From the NCBI GenBank assembly GCA_965262725.1, contig OZ253555.1, positions 352,001-416,000 on the forward strand: a DNA stretch of 64,000 nucleotides, read 5' to 3'. Source of the stretch: Dehalococcoidia bacterium (lineage in GTDB: Bacteria; Chloroflexota; Dehalococcoidia; UBA2979). A program made the translations under genes and the position numbers. This document shows positions 32,439 to 42,344 of this stretch, piece after piece (the first letter of the stretch is position 1; the number at the start of each line of letters is the position of its first letter). Below the pieces are notes generated by a model. That model did not search any database. It saw only the letters and a list, made by a program, of their open reading frames with translations, and was not told the origin of the DNA.

Positions 32439-32471
32439 AAAACCCCGCCAGCCCCCGAAGGAGCGGCGGGG
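32439..32471 (-). terminator. intrinsic terminator-like hairpin immediately 5' of the NYN gene
   Basis: CCCCGCCGCTCC-TTCG-GGGGCTGGCGGGG-TTTT on the minus strand. Confidence 0.55.
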
Positions 32472-32606
32472 AGGATTGCCGGGAGTATCAGGTGCTCAGC
32501 AGTCGAAGTCAATGAGCAGGACTCTCCTTCGCGGTGTGGCGATAGCCGAGTTCCAGACGATCTCCGAGTACCTGCCCGTAGTGGTCGGCGACCTCGAGGG
32601 GCTCCG

Positions 32607-32972
32607 CTATGCGCGGCGCTCGACCGCCTCGGTGAGGCGGTCCGCGACCTTGATCCAGCCGCGAAGTTCCTCGGCGGTTGGATCGATCTCGTAGGGGTGG
32701 TGATGGCACGCTCGACTGAGCGCCCCCCACGCGTTGCTCACGGCCGCGCCGAGTTCCTCGTCGCGGAGGTACTCCCCGAGGCAAAGCAGTTGCGCGCGAG
32801 CCGAGCATAGTTCGAGGCTAGGGGCATGACGGCGCCAGAGCTCGCGCATCGCGCTCTCTATCGCCTGCCGGGCGAGCACGGCGGCAGCACGAGGCCACAA
32901 TCCAGCGGTAGCCGCCTCAGGGCGCTCAAGGAGCACGCGAGCCTCACCGATCAGCCACCGGGCGAGGGTCAC
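32607..32972 (-). CDS. hypothetical protein (possible HEPN-like) coupled to the AAA ATPase
   Basis: GTGA overlap with the upstream gene; RAAAVLARQAIE..LSRACHHHPYE. Confidence 0.65.
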   Translation of the reverse strand: MTLARWLIGEARVLLERPEAATAGLWPRAAAVLARQAIESAMRELWRRHAPSLELCSARAQLLCLGEYLRDEELGAAVSNAWGALSRACHHHPYEIDPTAEELRGWIKVADRLTEAVERRA

Positions 32973-33721
32973 TGCAGTCGCGCCAAGTCGCGCGCCAGAT
33001 TCCCCGCCCGCTCGACGAGCACCGAGAGCGTGTCGGTGCCCATCCCCACGTGAGCGCCGCTGTTGCAGTCCTTGAACGTGTCGCCCGCCGATCGCCCGTA
33101 GCGTGAGTTGATCCCCGACAGCACATCTCCCCCGCGTGTTGAGTCATCGAACAGTGCGAGGGCGGCCTTTGCCGTCAGCGTTGTGGCGTTCTCGAGCGCG
33201 AGTTCCACGTCGCGATGGACGGCACCGCGAAGGAGACGCCTTCTTCGGAACGCGTCGGTGCACGCCGCCTCAAGCGCGCTGCGGCAGAAGCCGGGCACGA
33301 CTCGGGCCGCGACGTCAGCGTCCACGCCCTCACTGCGCACGAGAGCGCGGGCATCGTCCAGATAGCGAGCGATGGGATCGGTGCCGCGACGAACCTCGAC
33401 GACGGACTTGCCTCGACGCGCGACCACGAGCTGGCTCGCGTCGATGCCGAGCCGGCGAACTGCTTCAGGCAGTCGATCATCGTGAGTGAACACCACTACC
33501 TGTCGGACCTGTGCGATGTCATCCAGGACCTTCGCCAGTCCCTCGACCTTCGACGGATCCATCGCCTGAACGGGATCGTCGATCACCACGAAGCGGAACG
33601 GGCTCTTCTGCAGGGTGGCGCGTGGCAGAAAGAGGCTGAGGGCCAGCGCGTGCAGCTCGCCCTGGCTCATCACGCCGAGCGCGGCACCTTCCGTGCCGTC
33701 CACGCGTACGTCGAGCGACAA
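32969..33721 (-). pseudogene. C-terminal half of an SMC/Rad50-like ABC ATPase
   Basis: MSQGELHALAL (signature), VVIDDPVQAMD (Walker B), VVFTHD; Walker A half missing. Confidence 0.8.
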
Positions 33722-33894
33722 TCTCCTGCGGGTGACAGTGCCACCCTACACGGTTCCCACCACCCGCCGGATCGCATCAGAATAGGTGTTACCCAAGATC
33801 TGGATGCGCGCATCAATTGCGGCCATGCCCGGTTCGATGCTCATCAGCCGTGGCGACGGAGCTATGTAGTCGAATGGCGAGTCGCGGGCATGAG

Positions 33895-34581
33895 CTAGAG
33901 GGCGACCAACTCGGCGAGCTTTCTCGCGATGTCTGCCATCGGATTCTCTGCAGTACTCAGGCCGCTTCGCGAGCCGAGCAGGGGGCTGACTTCGCGGAGA
34001 GCTTCGTATGTCGTGTTGTGCACGATGGGGACGAGCAGGTCACGCGCCAGAAGTGCCGACAACTCTTTGTCGGCGATGCCTTCTCCTTGGATGCGGCGCA
34101 GCAGCGCAGGGGTCACCAGCACGATCCCGATTCGCGATTTCGCCAGTCCCCTGTCGATTTCGCGGAGCAACGGCGTGCCGAGGCCGACATCCTTCTCGCT
34201 GAACCAGACCGAGACGCCGAGTGACACGAGCAGATCGTGCAGCTCCTTGGCGGCCTCCTGCCGGTCGTCCCACGCATGGCAGAGGAAGGCGTCCCGGGGG
34301 CCAGGCAGGGCCGCGCGCCCTTCGACGCTCTCGCGGACAGGCGTGAGAGCCCGCACTTCTGCAGGCGTGTACGACAGGGACGAACCTGGTCGCGACCATC
34401 TCGGCCTCGCGCTGCTCCCGGACCCGCCGCCGCTGCTCCGGCCGCCGGCGCTGCTCCCCGATGAGGAGTAGGACGGGGACGAGTAGGAGCGGTAGCGGCT
34501 ATAGCCGCCACCATGTACAGGGCAGGCCGCTGCACCGCTCGCTGTACGGTGGCCCATTACTGGTGCTGTACATCTAGCCAT
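33895..34581 (-). CDS. TIR domain protein with a Cys/His N-terminal motif and a Ser/Gly linker
   Basis: DAFLCHAWDDR..VSVWFSE..EIDRGLAKSRIGIVLVTP..KEL. Confidence 0.88.
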   Translation of the reverse strand: MARCTAPVMGHRTASGAAACPVHGGGYSRYRSYSSPSYSSSGSSAGGRSSGGGSGSSARPRWSRPGSSLSYTPAEVRALTPVRESVEGRAALPGPRDAFLCHAWDDRQEAAKELHDLLVSLGVSVWFSEKDVGLGTPLLREIDRGLAKSRIGIVLVTPALLRRIQGEGIADKELSALLARDLLVPIVHNTTYEALREVSPLLGSRSGLSTAENPMADIARKLAELVAL

Positions 34582-34849
34582 GTGGCCGACGATACCGAAT
34601 ACCATCGCCGCTCTCAATCGAGCCGCTCAATGCCGAGGCCAACCAGCTACAGCCGCTCGTCGCGCCGCAGCTATGGCGTCGAAGGAACGACCTGCCGAAG
34701 CTCTGGGAACGGGCGACACCGGATGAGCGGCGTCGCCTCCTGGCGCGCCGCTCAGGCACACCGCAGGGTAGGGTCAGGCCATAGCGCACGGAGGCGCGAG
34801 CACCTTTCTTGTGCAACGGCCGACTTCCTGTGCAAGGCCGCGTTATGGC

Positions 34850-34975
34850 ACCAACGTGGTCGGAATCTTCCCCAACCGCGCCGCGGTCGTGCGGGGTCGG
34901 CGTCGTGCTGGCCGAGCAGCACGACGAGTGGGCCGAGGGGAGGCGCTACATGACGATGCCGCAGCCGTGTCGTTA
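34850..34975 (+). pseudogene. IS256 transposase C-terminal remnant
   Basis: TNVVGIFPNRAAVV / VGVVLAEQHDEWAEGRRYM. Confidence 0.75.
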
Positions 34976-35218
34976 GTCAGTACCTATGATCCGCCCGTCG
35001 TCACGACCTTTGATCTACCCCCTGCGGGGCCTCTGACCGCCCGGGCCGCCGGTCCGGCCACATCGGCCGCGCGGGCTACGCTACTGCTTCGCATCGGAGC
35101 GCTCCACGATCGCGTGATCTCCCTCGCGTCGGCGACGGTCTGCCGTTCCGGTGGTGTCGAGTCCCGGCCGCAGCCCGCCGAGCCCCTCCTCGCTGGCCTC
35201 AGGCACCGGAGGCGAGCC

Positions 35219-35557
35219 CTACAGGGCCTCGGACTGCGCCCCGGGAACCTCGACGACCAGTTCGAAGCGCGTCGAGATCGTGGGGGCAGCCTCGCCGAAC
35301 TCGAGGTAGGAGTCGAGCACGTCGTCGGGGATGGGCTCGGTGTGGTGCGCGATAGCGTCGTCGATGGACATCTTCGGCTCGGGGAGCGGTTCGCCGTCCC
35401 CCAGCATGGCCTCGATATGGAAGACGAGCGCCTCGCGGATCATCGCCAGCATCTCGTCCCAGGTCTCGCCGGTGCTGACGCAGCCCGGCACGTCCGGTAC
35501 GTAGGCGCCGTAGTTGTTGGGCGTCTGCTCGAAGACAACGGCGTACGTCAGCTTCAT
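35219..35557 (-). CDS. hicB: HicB family antitoxin
   Basis: MKLTYAVVFEQTPNNYGAYVPDVPGCVSTGETWDEMLAMIREAL. Confidence 0.85.
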   Translation of the reverse strand: MKLTYAVVFEQTPNNYGAYVPDVPGCVSTGETWDEMLAMIREALVFHIEAMLGDGEPLPEPKMSIDDAIAHHTEPIPDDVLDSYLEFGEAAPTISTRFELVVEVPGAQSEAL

Positions 35558-35690
35558 CGACGCTCTCTCCTGAGGCCGACCTGATTCATGACACTGGCCC
35601 AGAGCTTCGGCCCCACGTCTTCGCTCAGCTCGCCCGGAATCGTGACCCTGCCCGGCTTCGCCGCGTGGCGGAACTGGTTCTGTCGTGGGC
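35554..35690 (-). pseudogene. hicA: HicA toxin C-terminal remnant
   Basis: QFRHAAKPGRVTIPG..DVGPK..SVMNQVGL; ATGA overlap with hicB; GSH motif absent. Confidence 0.7.
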
Positions 35691-35987
35691 TGGGGGGAAG
35701 AAGGAGCCGCCCCTCGTCCCAGCGCCCCACGCGCACCAGCGCTGGCCGGCCGGTAGCGGGCGCTCGGGAGGAGAGGATAGGCCGACCCCCGCGGCGCCGT
35801 CCACGGGACGAGTGTGCCGGTCACGTCCGGCAAGGTGGTGTCGCAGTTCACCATTCTTATCAATTGTCAGCCGGCGGTCCGCAGCAGCACGTCCCTACGT
35901 GACGTCACCTCGACCTCCGAGACCAGAGCGACTGTGATCTTGGCCGCAGTTCGTCTGAGGACACCCACGGAAGCGCCCGAATCAGCG

Positions 35988-36192
35988 TCAGGGGCTACAC
36001 CGCTGGCATTCGATGACGTGGCGGCCAACCTCATGGGCGACTCGCAGTGCCCCCTCCTTGGACCGGAAGGGGCAGTGCCATTGCCCATCCTGTCCGCTTA
36101 CGCCGGGGGACAGCGCAAGGGCCTCCATTCTGGTGGAGTGTCGCCGAGTTGGTAGGCTTGTCTTCATTAACGTAGAAGGCCCCGGTGATCAT
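35988..36192 (-). pseudogene. frameshifted paralog of the small CxxC gene at 45048-45251
   Basis: Manual translation MITGAFYVNEDKPTNSATLHQNGGPC..(frameshift)..DGQWHCPFRSKEGALRVAHEVGRHVIECQRCSP*. Confidence 0.8.
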
Positions 36193-36556
36193 GCAGCAAT
36201 CCACTTCTTGGACAGGTTAGCGGTCGTTGCCGTGCCTTTGGGCGACGCGCAGGACAGTATCCCTTCCGCGCGCAGCCGACACCATCGGGCGGCTGCCGGA
36301 TTCGCGCATCTGGCGCGAAGGCTCGCCGGGGCGGCTCTCAAGCGCGCTCCAGCGTCGAAGGCAGCCGCGCGGGGTCGTGGTGCCGCCATCGAGGGAACCG
36401 GTTGCGAACGCTGCGCGGCTCACGTGCCCAACTCCGGCACGCCGAAGAACCCTGCTCCTTCCGTGCGGGCACCCGTGACGCCGGCCACGACGGTCGCGCG
36501 ATCAAGGAAGTGATTGCCCGATTCACACGCCCTCCCTCGCCCGCTCCTCCGGAGCA

Positions 36557-36664
36557 ACCTCCTCCTCGATGATTTCGACCCCGTAGTTGTGGAGCCCCCG
36601 GATCTGGGTACGGCAGCGGTAGGGGCCGGTCGCCTCGATGGCGGCGGCGACATCGTCGGTGAAG
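36557..36664. repeat. diverged ~105-bp copy of the internal part of ORF 37641-37958
   Basis: Shares GTACGGCAGCGGTAGGGGCCGG-CGCCTCGATGGCGGCGGCGAC-TCGTCGGTGAAG with 37776-37881. Confidence 0.8.
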
Positions 36665-36719
36665 CGGGGACCGCGGCGGCGCACGCACGCAGGACGCTGC
36701 GGTCGCGAGCGAGGACGAC

Positions 36720-37328
36720 GTGAGCACGAGAGCGGCCATCGCCATCGTCAGCGTGGTTGCGCTGGCTGTCGTGGTCGGCATTGCGCTCCTCGGGGATCTC
36801 CGTTCGCCTGTCTCCTGGCGAACCGATGCGGGTGAGAAGCAGACTACTGGGGAGTCTCGGCTTCCCGAGCGGTTCCCCCCATTCGAGATGACGCGCACGG
36901 TGACGAGGGGAGACTTCGAAACCAACGTCCTCCATCTCGTCTACACGGACTACCGGAACTGGAAGGAGACCCTCGTCAGCAGCACGAGGGAATCGAGCCC
37001 GGTCGGGACCGGGCAAGAAGTGCGGGACGGCAGGCTCGTCGGTCACCCGGACGCGGCGTCCGCGCGTGGATATCCCATTCCCGGACCATGGTTCCTTGAC
37101 GAGCAGGGGTTCGTCAGGCGCGCCAACGCCTCTCCCGGCAGCACGCTCATGACCGAGACGGTCGGACGTGACTTCGTGGTGGTCGTGGTCCGTGATGACA
37201 TCCGCTTGGAGATGCACTTCGACATCGAAACCGGCATTCCGGTCTTCTTTGAAGACGTGACGAACGGTCGACTCTACGAGCGCCACGAGGTCACCTCGCT
37301 CATCTCTCAGGGACGAAGAATCCGCTAG
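36720..37328 (+). CDS. hypothetical exported/membrane-anchored protein
   Basis: GAGG RBS, N-terminal TM helix, beta-rich body. Confidence 0.6.
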   Translation: MSTRAAIAIVSVVALAVVVGIALLGDLRSPVSWRTDAGEKQTTGESRLPERFPPFEMTRTVTRGDFETNVLHLVYTDYRNWKETLVSSTRESSPVGTGQEVRDGRLVGHPDAASARGYPIPGPWFLDEQGFVRRANASPGSTLMTETVGRDFVVVVVRDDIRLEMHFDIETGIPVFFEDVTNGRLYERHEVTSLISQGRRIR

Positions 37329-37640
37329 CCAACCCCGACCTCGTGGACGAGATGCGGGACGAGGGGATCACCCCCGCCGTGGGACTCGTCAGGCTCCACT
37401 TCCGCTGCGATCGCAACACAGGGCAACGCGGTGGCCCTACCGCTGTGCGTGGTGACGCGTTATCGCGGCCTCGATGCTCTCCCATGGCGCGCGAGGTCAC
37501 GGAAGGGTGGCGTGGCCAGCGACCGGACCCCTCGCGCTGCCGGCTCGGTGTCCGACCGGAAGCTACGGCGCACTGGAGGGTGTGCGGTCGGAGTGGCCGG
37601 ACAGGTTCTGTCTGTCCGGCCAGTGTCGCGAGCGACCCGC

Positions 37641-37958
37641 TCAGAGCCGCCACGCGAGCGGCTCGCCGTCGTTGAGGGCGACGAGCGCGTCTCGCAGGGG
37701 CTCCGGGAGGCTTTCCCAGGGCGGCAGCTCGTAGCCGTCGAATTCGGCAACACGCACCCACGTGCCAGCCGCGACCTCCTCTTCGATCAGCTCGATCCCG
37801 TAGTTGTGCAACCCCCAGATCTGTGTACGGCAGCGGTAGGGGCCGGCCGCCTCGATGGCGGCGGCGACCTCGTCGGTGAAGTTGGGACCATCGCCGTCCT
37901 CGAAGCCGAACTTCGAAAACGCGTCGGTGATCTCCCAGCAGATGATCCGTCGTGGCAT
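37641..37958 (-). CDS. small hypothetical protein
   Basis: AAGGAG RBS; DAFSKFGFEDGDG..WGLHNY; paralogous fragment nearby. Confidence 0.7.
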   Translation of the reverse strand: MPRRIICWEITDAFSKFGFEDGDGPNFTDEVAAAIEAAGPYRCRTQIWGLHNYGIELIEEEVAAGTWVRVAEFDGYELPPWESLPEPLRDALVALNDGEPLAWRL

Positions 37959-38083
37959 CAGGTTCTCCTTCTCTCTCGGTGCTGTCGTGGATGGCGAGGC
38001 CGGACCGGGGCGGCGGTCCGGCGTGATCTCCCGCGGTGCGCGTCAGGCGCCGCCCCGCCGCGCGCTCCCCGGTCCCGTGTGGG

Positions 38084-38986
38084 TCAGGGCGCCTCTTCCG
38101 GCGGCTCCTCCGGCGCCCCGGGACTCCGCCCGAGGATGTGATCGGCGGCGCGCTGCCCCTGCGCGGCGGCGACCACGACCAGTCGCCTGTCGTCGTCGAG
38201 CACGCGCAGCCAGGAGGCGATGTAGGCGGCGGACTGCTCAACCCGGGAGGGGTCGATCCCGGCCTCGCTCCCGAGGAAGGCGGCCGCGAACTCCGCCACC
38301 AGCTCCTCCTGCGAGTAGCGCTCGGAGCCGAAGCGGGCGGCCGTCCGGTAGCCCTCGCGCGCGAGGCGTCTCGGGTGGCCGGTGGAGTGGGCGAGCTCGT
38401 GGAAGAGCGTCGCGTAGTAGGCGTGCGCGTCCGTGAAGGCTGCGCGCGGCGGCACGTGCACCTCGTCGTGCTCGGGGACGTAGTAGGCGCCCTCGGCGTC
38501 CCAGTGGAGCGTCGGTGGGTCCCGGTAGCCGGCGATCACCGCCTCCGCGCGTTCCAGCGGATCCGGGCAGCCGCCGTCCACCCGTGCGGGCAGCGTCACG
38601 CCCTCGCACTGGTCGACGTTGAAGACGGCGTAGAGGCGGATCAGCGGGAAGCGCTCCACCCGCTCGGGATCCTCCCGTTCCGTCCGCTCGATCCACTTCC
38701 AGAGCACGACCCGGGTGCCGTGCTCGCCGCGGCGGACGTGTCCGCCCGCGGCCTCGGCCTGGCGGTAGGTGAGCCAGCGCGGGTCGCTCCAGCCGCGCTC
38801 GAGCGCGGTCATCTGGAGGACGAGCGTGTTGATGCCGCGGTAGGGGCGGTTGGAGCGGGCGTTGCGATGCCCGCGTGCGCGCCACGGCGTGCGCCACGGC
38901 ACGGTGCCGCGCTCCAGCGCGGCGATGATGCGGCCGGTGATCTCCTGGTAGGGGTCGGTCCGGCCGCCCGGCTGTCTACGCCGCAC
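38084..38986 (-). CDS. ardC: ArdC-like ssDNA-binding antirestriction protein (DUF1738 + zincin MPTase)
   Basis: ITGRIIAALERGTVPWRTPW, YRGIN, WLTYRQA, VFNVDQ, YATLFHELAHSTGH, YSQEELVAE. Confidence 0.92.
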   Translation of the reverse strand: MRRRQPGGRTDPYQEITGRIIAALERGTVPWRTPWRARGHRNARSNRPYRGINTLVLQMTALERGWSDPRWLTYRQAEAAGGHVRRGEHGTRVVLWKWIERTEREDPERVERFPLIRLYAVFNVDQCEGVTLPARVDGGCPDPLERAEAVIAGYRDPPTLHWDAEGAYYVPEHDEVHVPPRAAFTDAHAYYATLFHELAHSTGHPRRLAREGYRTAARFGSERYSQEELVAEFAAAFLGSEAGIDPSRVEQSAAYIASWLRVLDDDRRLVVVAAAQGQRAADHILGRSPGAPEEPPEEAP

Positions 38987-39188
38987 CGGGGTCGTCCCCG
39001 CGAGGGCGCTGCTCGAGACGCTCGTAGAGCGTGAGACGGATCGCCCGCGCCTGGGGGCGATCGGCATCGACGGCCTGGATGAGGCAGGCCCGGAAGCCCG
39101 GGATCGGGCATTCGGGCAGCGGGATCCGGGCGACGTCGTAGCGTCCGTGCCGCGTCTCGACGACGCGACTGGGGCGGTAGGCCTCCAC
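38976..39188 (-). CDS. small hypothetical protein
   Basis: Fills the gap between Rad52 and ardC with tight coupling. Confidence 0.4.
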   Translation of the reverse strand: MEAYRPSRVVETRHGRYDVARIPLPECPIPGFRACLIQAVDADRPQARAIRLTLYERLEQRPRGDDPGAA

Positions 39189-39190
39189 GG

Positions 39191-39865
39191 TCAGGCCGCC
39201 CGTGCCCCGTTGCGGCGGTGGAGTCCGCGCGAGAGCGCGTCCACGCAGGCGAGGAGCGACGGCGCGTCGAGCTCTGCGAGCGGGCGCCCGTAGCGCTGCT
39301 CGACCCAGGCGCGCGTGCGCGCCTCGTCGGATCCGGCGCTCGACGCGATCTCGAGCACGCGGCGCCTGAGCTCATCCGGCCGCGCCTCGGTCGCGCGCGG
39401 CGCCGCACTGTTCGGCACGGCTCCGAGCCCGTTCCCGAAGCGCGCCCCGAAGTGCCGGAGTGCGCGCTTCAGCCCGTCGGTGACGGCGGCCTTGGAGGCG
39501 GCCGCGTGTTCCTGTGCCGACTGGTTCCGGGCGGCGGCCGTGCCCACGTCGCTGTGAGGCGGGCAGCCCCGGGCGGCGACCCGGACGGTCGCCGTGTAGA
39601 TGCCGGCGGGAGCGTTGTCGCCACGGTCGTCCGCGGGCAGCGGCCGGTAGGCGACCTCGCCCACGACCTCGGCCCCCCAGCCGTCGTGTCCGAAGACCGC
39701 GTTGGCCTGCTCGATGGCCCGCCAGCCCTCCAGGTAGCGGAGGATCTCTCCGTCCTCGGTGATGCGCTCCGACACGAGTGCCGGGTCGAGCGGATGTGCC
39801 AGCTGCTCAAGCGCAGCCCGGCTCAGGCGGCGCGTGCGCGTCGCCCTGCGTCTGACTTCAGCCAT
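39191..39865 (-). CDS. Rad52/Rad22 family single-strand annealing protein
   Basis: YLEGWRAIEQANAVFGHDGW..HSDVG..KAAVTDGLKRALRHFGARFGNGL; AAGGA RBS. Confidence 0.9.
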   Translation of the reverse strand: MAEVRRRATRTRRLSRAALEQLAHPLDPALVSERITEDGEILRYLEGWRAIEQANAVFGHDGWGAEVVGEVAYRPLPADDRGDNAPAGIYTATVRVAARGCPPHSDVGTAAARNQSAQEHAAASKAAVTDGLKRALRHFGARFGNGLGAVPNSAAPRATEARPDELRRRVLEIASSAGSDEARTRAWVEQRYGRPLAELDAPSLLACVDALSRGLHRRNGARAA

Positions 39866-40911
39866 GATTCCTTCTCTCCTTCGCGTGCTTCGTGGAGCGA
39901 ACGCAGGAACGCCGCGCGTCCATCGCGGCGCCGTCCCAGTTCGCTGAGGTCGTGCGCCCCACCGGGGAGCGGCACGACGGTCGCCCGCTCCGCGAGCGCG
40001 GAGATGAGGCGGTCGGCGGCCTGACGGCCGGGGTGGTCGGCGTCGAGCGCGAGGTAGACGCGCCCGAGCGAGCGGAGGGCTGAGAGCGCCTCCCGCGAGA
40101 CGTGGGTGCCGAGCAGCGCGACGGCCGGCAGCCGCCACGCGCAGAGGGTCAGCCAGTCGAAGGGACCCTCGGTCACGACGGCGGCCGCGGCCCCGGCCCG
40201 GCGTACCTGCTCCAGGCCGAGCAGGGGCGACGGCAGGCGCAGGTTGAGGTAGCGCGGCTCCCGGCCGTCGAGCGACCGCGCGGTGAGCCAGGTCGCCAGG
40301 CCCCGGGCGTCCAGGTCCGGGACGACGATCCGCCCGGCGAGCGCGTCGCGATCGCCGCTCAGGAGCCCGAGCCCCCGGGCCGTGCCGAGCCCGAGCCTCG
40401 AGAGCTCCAGGTGACGGGCGAGCCCGCCGCCCGCGAAGCCGACGCGCAGCCCGGCAGCCACGCCGTCGTCGATACCGCGGCCGCGGACGTACGAGCGGGC
40501 CTCGCGGCTGCGCCCGTACTGCCCGGCGTAGAGGGAGGCGGCGGCCTCGATGACCGCCGCCTCGTCCGCGGCCACCGCCCGGACCGCTCGCCGCAGCGGG
40601 GATCGCAGGTCGGCGGCGGGCGGCGGGTGACCCCCAGCGGCGCTCCCCGCGAGCAGGGCGGCCGTCTCCCGGAACCCGATTCCCTGCAGGCGGCCGACGA
40701 AGTCGAAGACGTCGCCGCCCGCGTCGCAGCCGAAGCAGAAGTACCGGCCCGACTCCTCGTAGACCACGAGGCTCGGGGTGCGGTCCTCGTGGAACGGGCA
40801 GAGCCCGACGAGGCGGCGGCCCGAGCGCCGGAGCTCCACTCCGGCGCCCGAGACCGCGTGCGCGATCGGGTGTTGAGCCCGGATCGCCTCGATGTCGTAG
40901 AGCTCAGCCAC
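39823..40911 (-). CDS. DnaG-like primase (CHC2 zinc finger + TOPRIM)
   Basis: GLCPFHEDRTPS..YFCFGC..GGDV; RYLN; VVTEGPFDWL; LALDADHPG. Confidence 0.9.
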   Translation of the reverse strand: MAELYDIEAIRAQHPIAHAVSGAGVELRRSGRRLVGLCPFHEDRTPSLVVYEESGRYFCFGCDAGGDVFDFVGRLQGIGFRETAALLAGSAAGGHPPPAADLRSPLRRAVRAVAADEAAVIEAAASLYAGQYGRSREARSYVRGRGIDDGVAAGLRVGFAGGGLARHLELSRLGLGTARGLGLLSGDRDALAGRIVVPDLDARGLATWLTARSLDGREPRYLNLRLPSPLLGLEQVRRAGAAAAVVTEGPFDWLTLCAWRLPAVALLGTHVSREALSALRSLGRVYLALDADHPGRQAADRLISALAERATVVPLPGGAHDLSELGRRRDGRAAFLRSLHEAREGEKESWLKSDAGRRARAA

Positions 40912-41206
40912 CGCGGGTGAGCTCGAGCAGGCGCCGCCGGAAGCAGGCCTCCTCGAGCGTGAGCCTCGCGCCGGCGCCCCATCCGCCCGGCAGGTGCCGC
41001 CCGAGCAGCACCCCCGGCGGGTCACCGGACTCCCAGTAGCGGAGATGAAGCTCCGCCTCGCTGTCGCACTCGCCCAGCCGGGCGAGCAGTGCCGAGACGG
41101 CGGGCTTCGCCGCCTCGCGTCGCTCCTCGGGCCACCCGAGGTACTGCTCGTAGCTGCGTTCCCAGACGGCTCGCACCGCCTGCCGGAAGCGATTCTCCCT
41201 CTGCAT
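40904..41206 (-). CDS. small hypothetical protein
   Basis: AAGGAG RBS; stop overlaps the primase start. Confidence 0.65.
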   Translation of the reverse strand: MQRENRFRQAVRAVWERSYEQYLGWPEERREAAKPAVSALLARLGECDSEAELHLRYWESGDPPGVLLGRHLPGGWGAGARLTLEEACFRRRLLELTRGG

Positions 41207-41357
41207 GTCGCACTCCTTCCTCGGACACTCGCTGGACACCAGCCGATCGCTTCGCGCCCGCGGGCGGACGCATCTCGCCCACGCATGGACACGACGACAT
41301 CGGGGCCGCCCGAAGGCGGCCCCGAAGATGACGGCGGTGCCGGTGGCTACGAGGGGG

Positions 41358-42344
41358 TCAGGCGAGCGGGCGTGCACCCCGGAGCGCCTGCGGGGCGAAG
41401 CGTCGGCCGCGCTCCCAGCGGCTGAGGCCGAGCGCCGAGACGACCTCCCAGCCGCCGTCCGCGGTGGGGATCAGCACGGCCCCGCGGCCGAAGCCGGCGC
41501 GGTAGTGGATCGCGGCCAGCAGGTCCAGGCGGCGGCAGGCGGTGAGCCAGCAGCCGTAGAGGTGGCGTGCCAGCTCGTCCGGCAGCCCGTTCAGCTCGGC
41601 GGATTCGAGCAGCTCGATCGCCCGGGCCGGCTCGCGCCGGTACAGGCGTCGCGCCTCGCGGAGCGCCGCCTCCGCGGCCCTCGTCTTGACTGCCTGCTCG
41701 CGCCGCCGTAGCGTTACGAACGTACGTTCGAGGTCCGGCACGCTGCTGATGTTCTTTTCCACGGAAACCAGCAGCCGCCGGGCCTCACCAATCCTTCCGC
41801 CGTCCAGGTGGTCCCCGGCCAGCTCCAGCTCGTTTCGCATCCTCGCCTCCTCTTCCTGCGCCTGCTCCTCCGCCAGCAGCCGGGCGATGTCCTCACGCCC
41901 GGCGAGCGTCGCGGCCTCTCGTTCCAGCACGGCGGCGTGCGCCTCGGCCTGGTTCACGAGCCGCTGAGCCGCCCCCGCCACGCCCTCCGCCCGCTGCCCG
42001 GCGGCGGGCTCGAAGGCCGACTCAGCGAGCACGCCGGCACGGCCCGCGGCCTCGCCCAGCTCCGAGGCGACCCCCCGCAGCCGTGCGGCCTCGCTCCGGA
42101 GCGCCCTGAGGCGGCCGAGACCCTGCTCCGCCTCCCGGCGGCGCTCGCCGTCACGGGCGAGCAGCACCTGCAGCTCGTCCAGCGCCCGCCGCGCCGCCTG
42201 CGTGAGCGCCTCGATCTCCTCCGGTCCGCTGCGCCGGATCACGGGCACGAGCGCCCGCGTCCCGGGGACCGGCCCCGCCTCCGCGAACAACCCGCGGACT
42301 CCTGCCAGCTCACCCAGACTCGTGAGCACGATTTCCTGCGTCAC
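41358..42344 (-). CDS. hypothetical coiled-coil protein
   Basis: GTGA overlap with the upstream gene; long helical A/E/R-rich region and globular C-terminus. Confidence 0.65.
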   Translation of the reverse strand: MTQEIVLTSLGELAGVRGLFAEAGPVPGTRALVPVIRRSGPEEIEALTQAARRALDELQVLLARDGERRREAEQGLGRLRALRSEAARLRGVASELGEAAGRAGVLAESAFEPAAGQRAEGVAGAAQRLVNQAEAHAAVLEREAATLAGREDIARLLAEEQAQEEEARMRNELELAGDHLDGGRIGEARRLLVSVEKNISSVPDLERTFVTLRRREQAVKTRAAEAALREARRLYRREPARAIELLESAELNGLPDELARHLYGCWLTACRRLDLLAAIHYRAGFGRGAVLIPTADGGWEVVSALGLSRWERGRRFAPQALRGARPLA

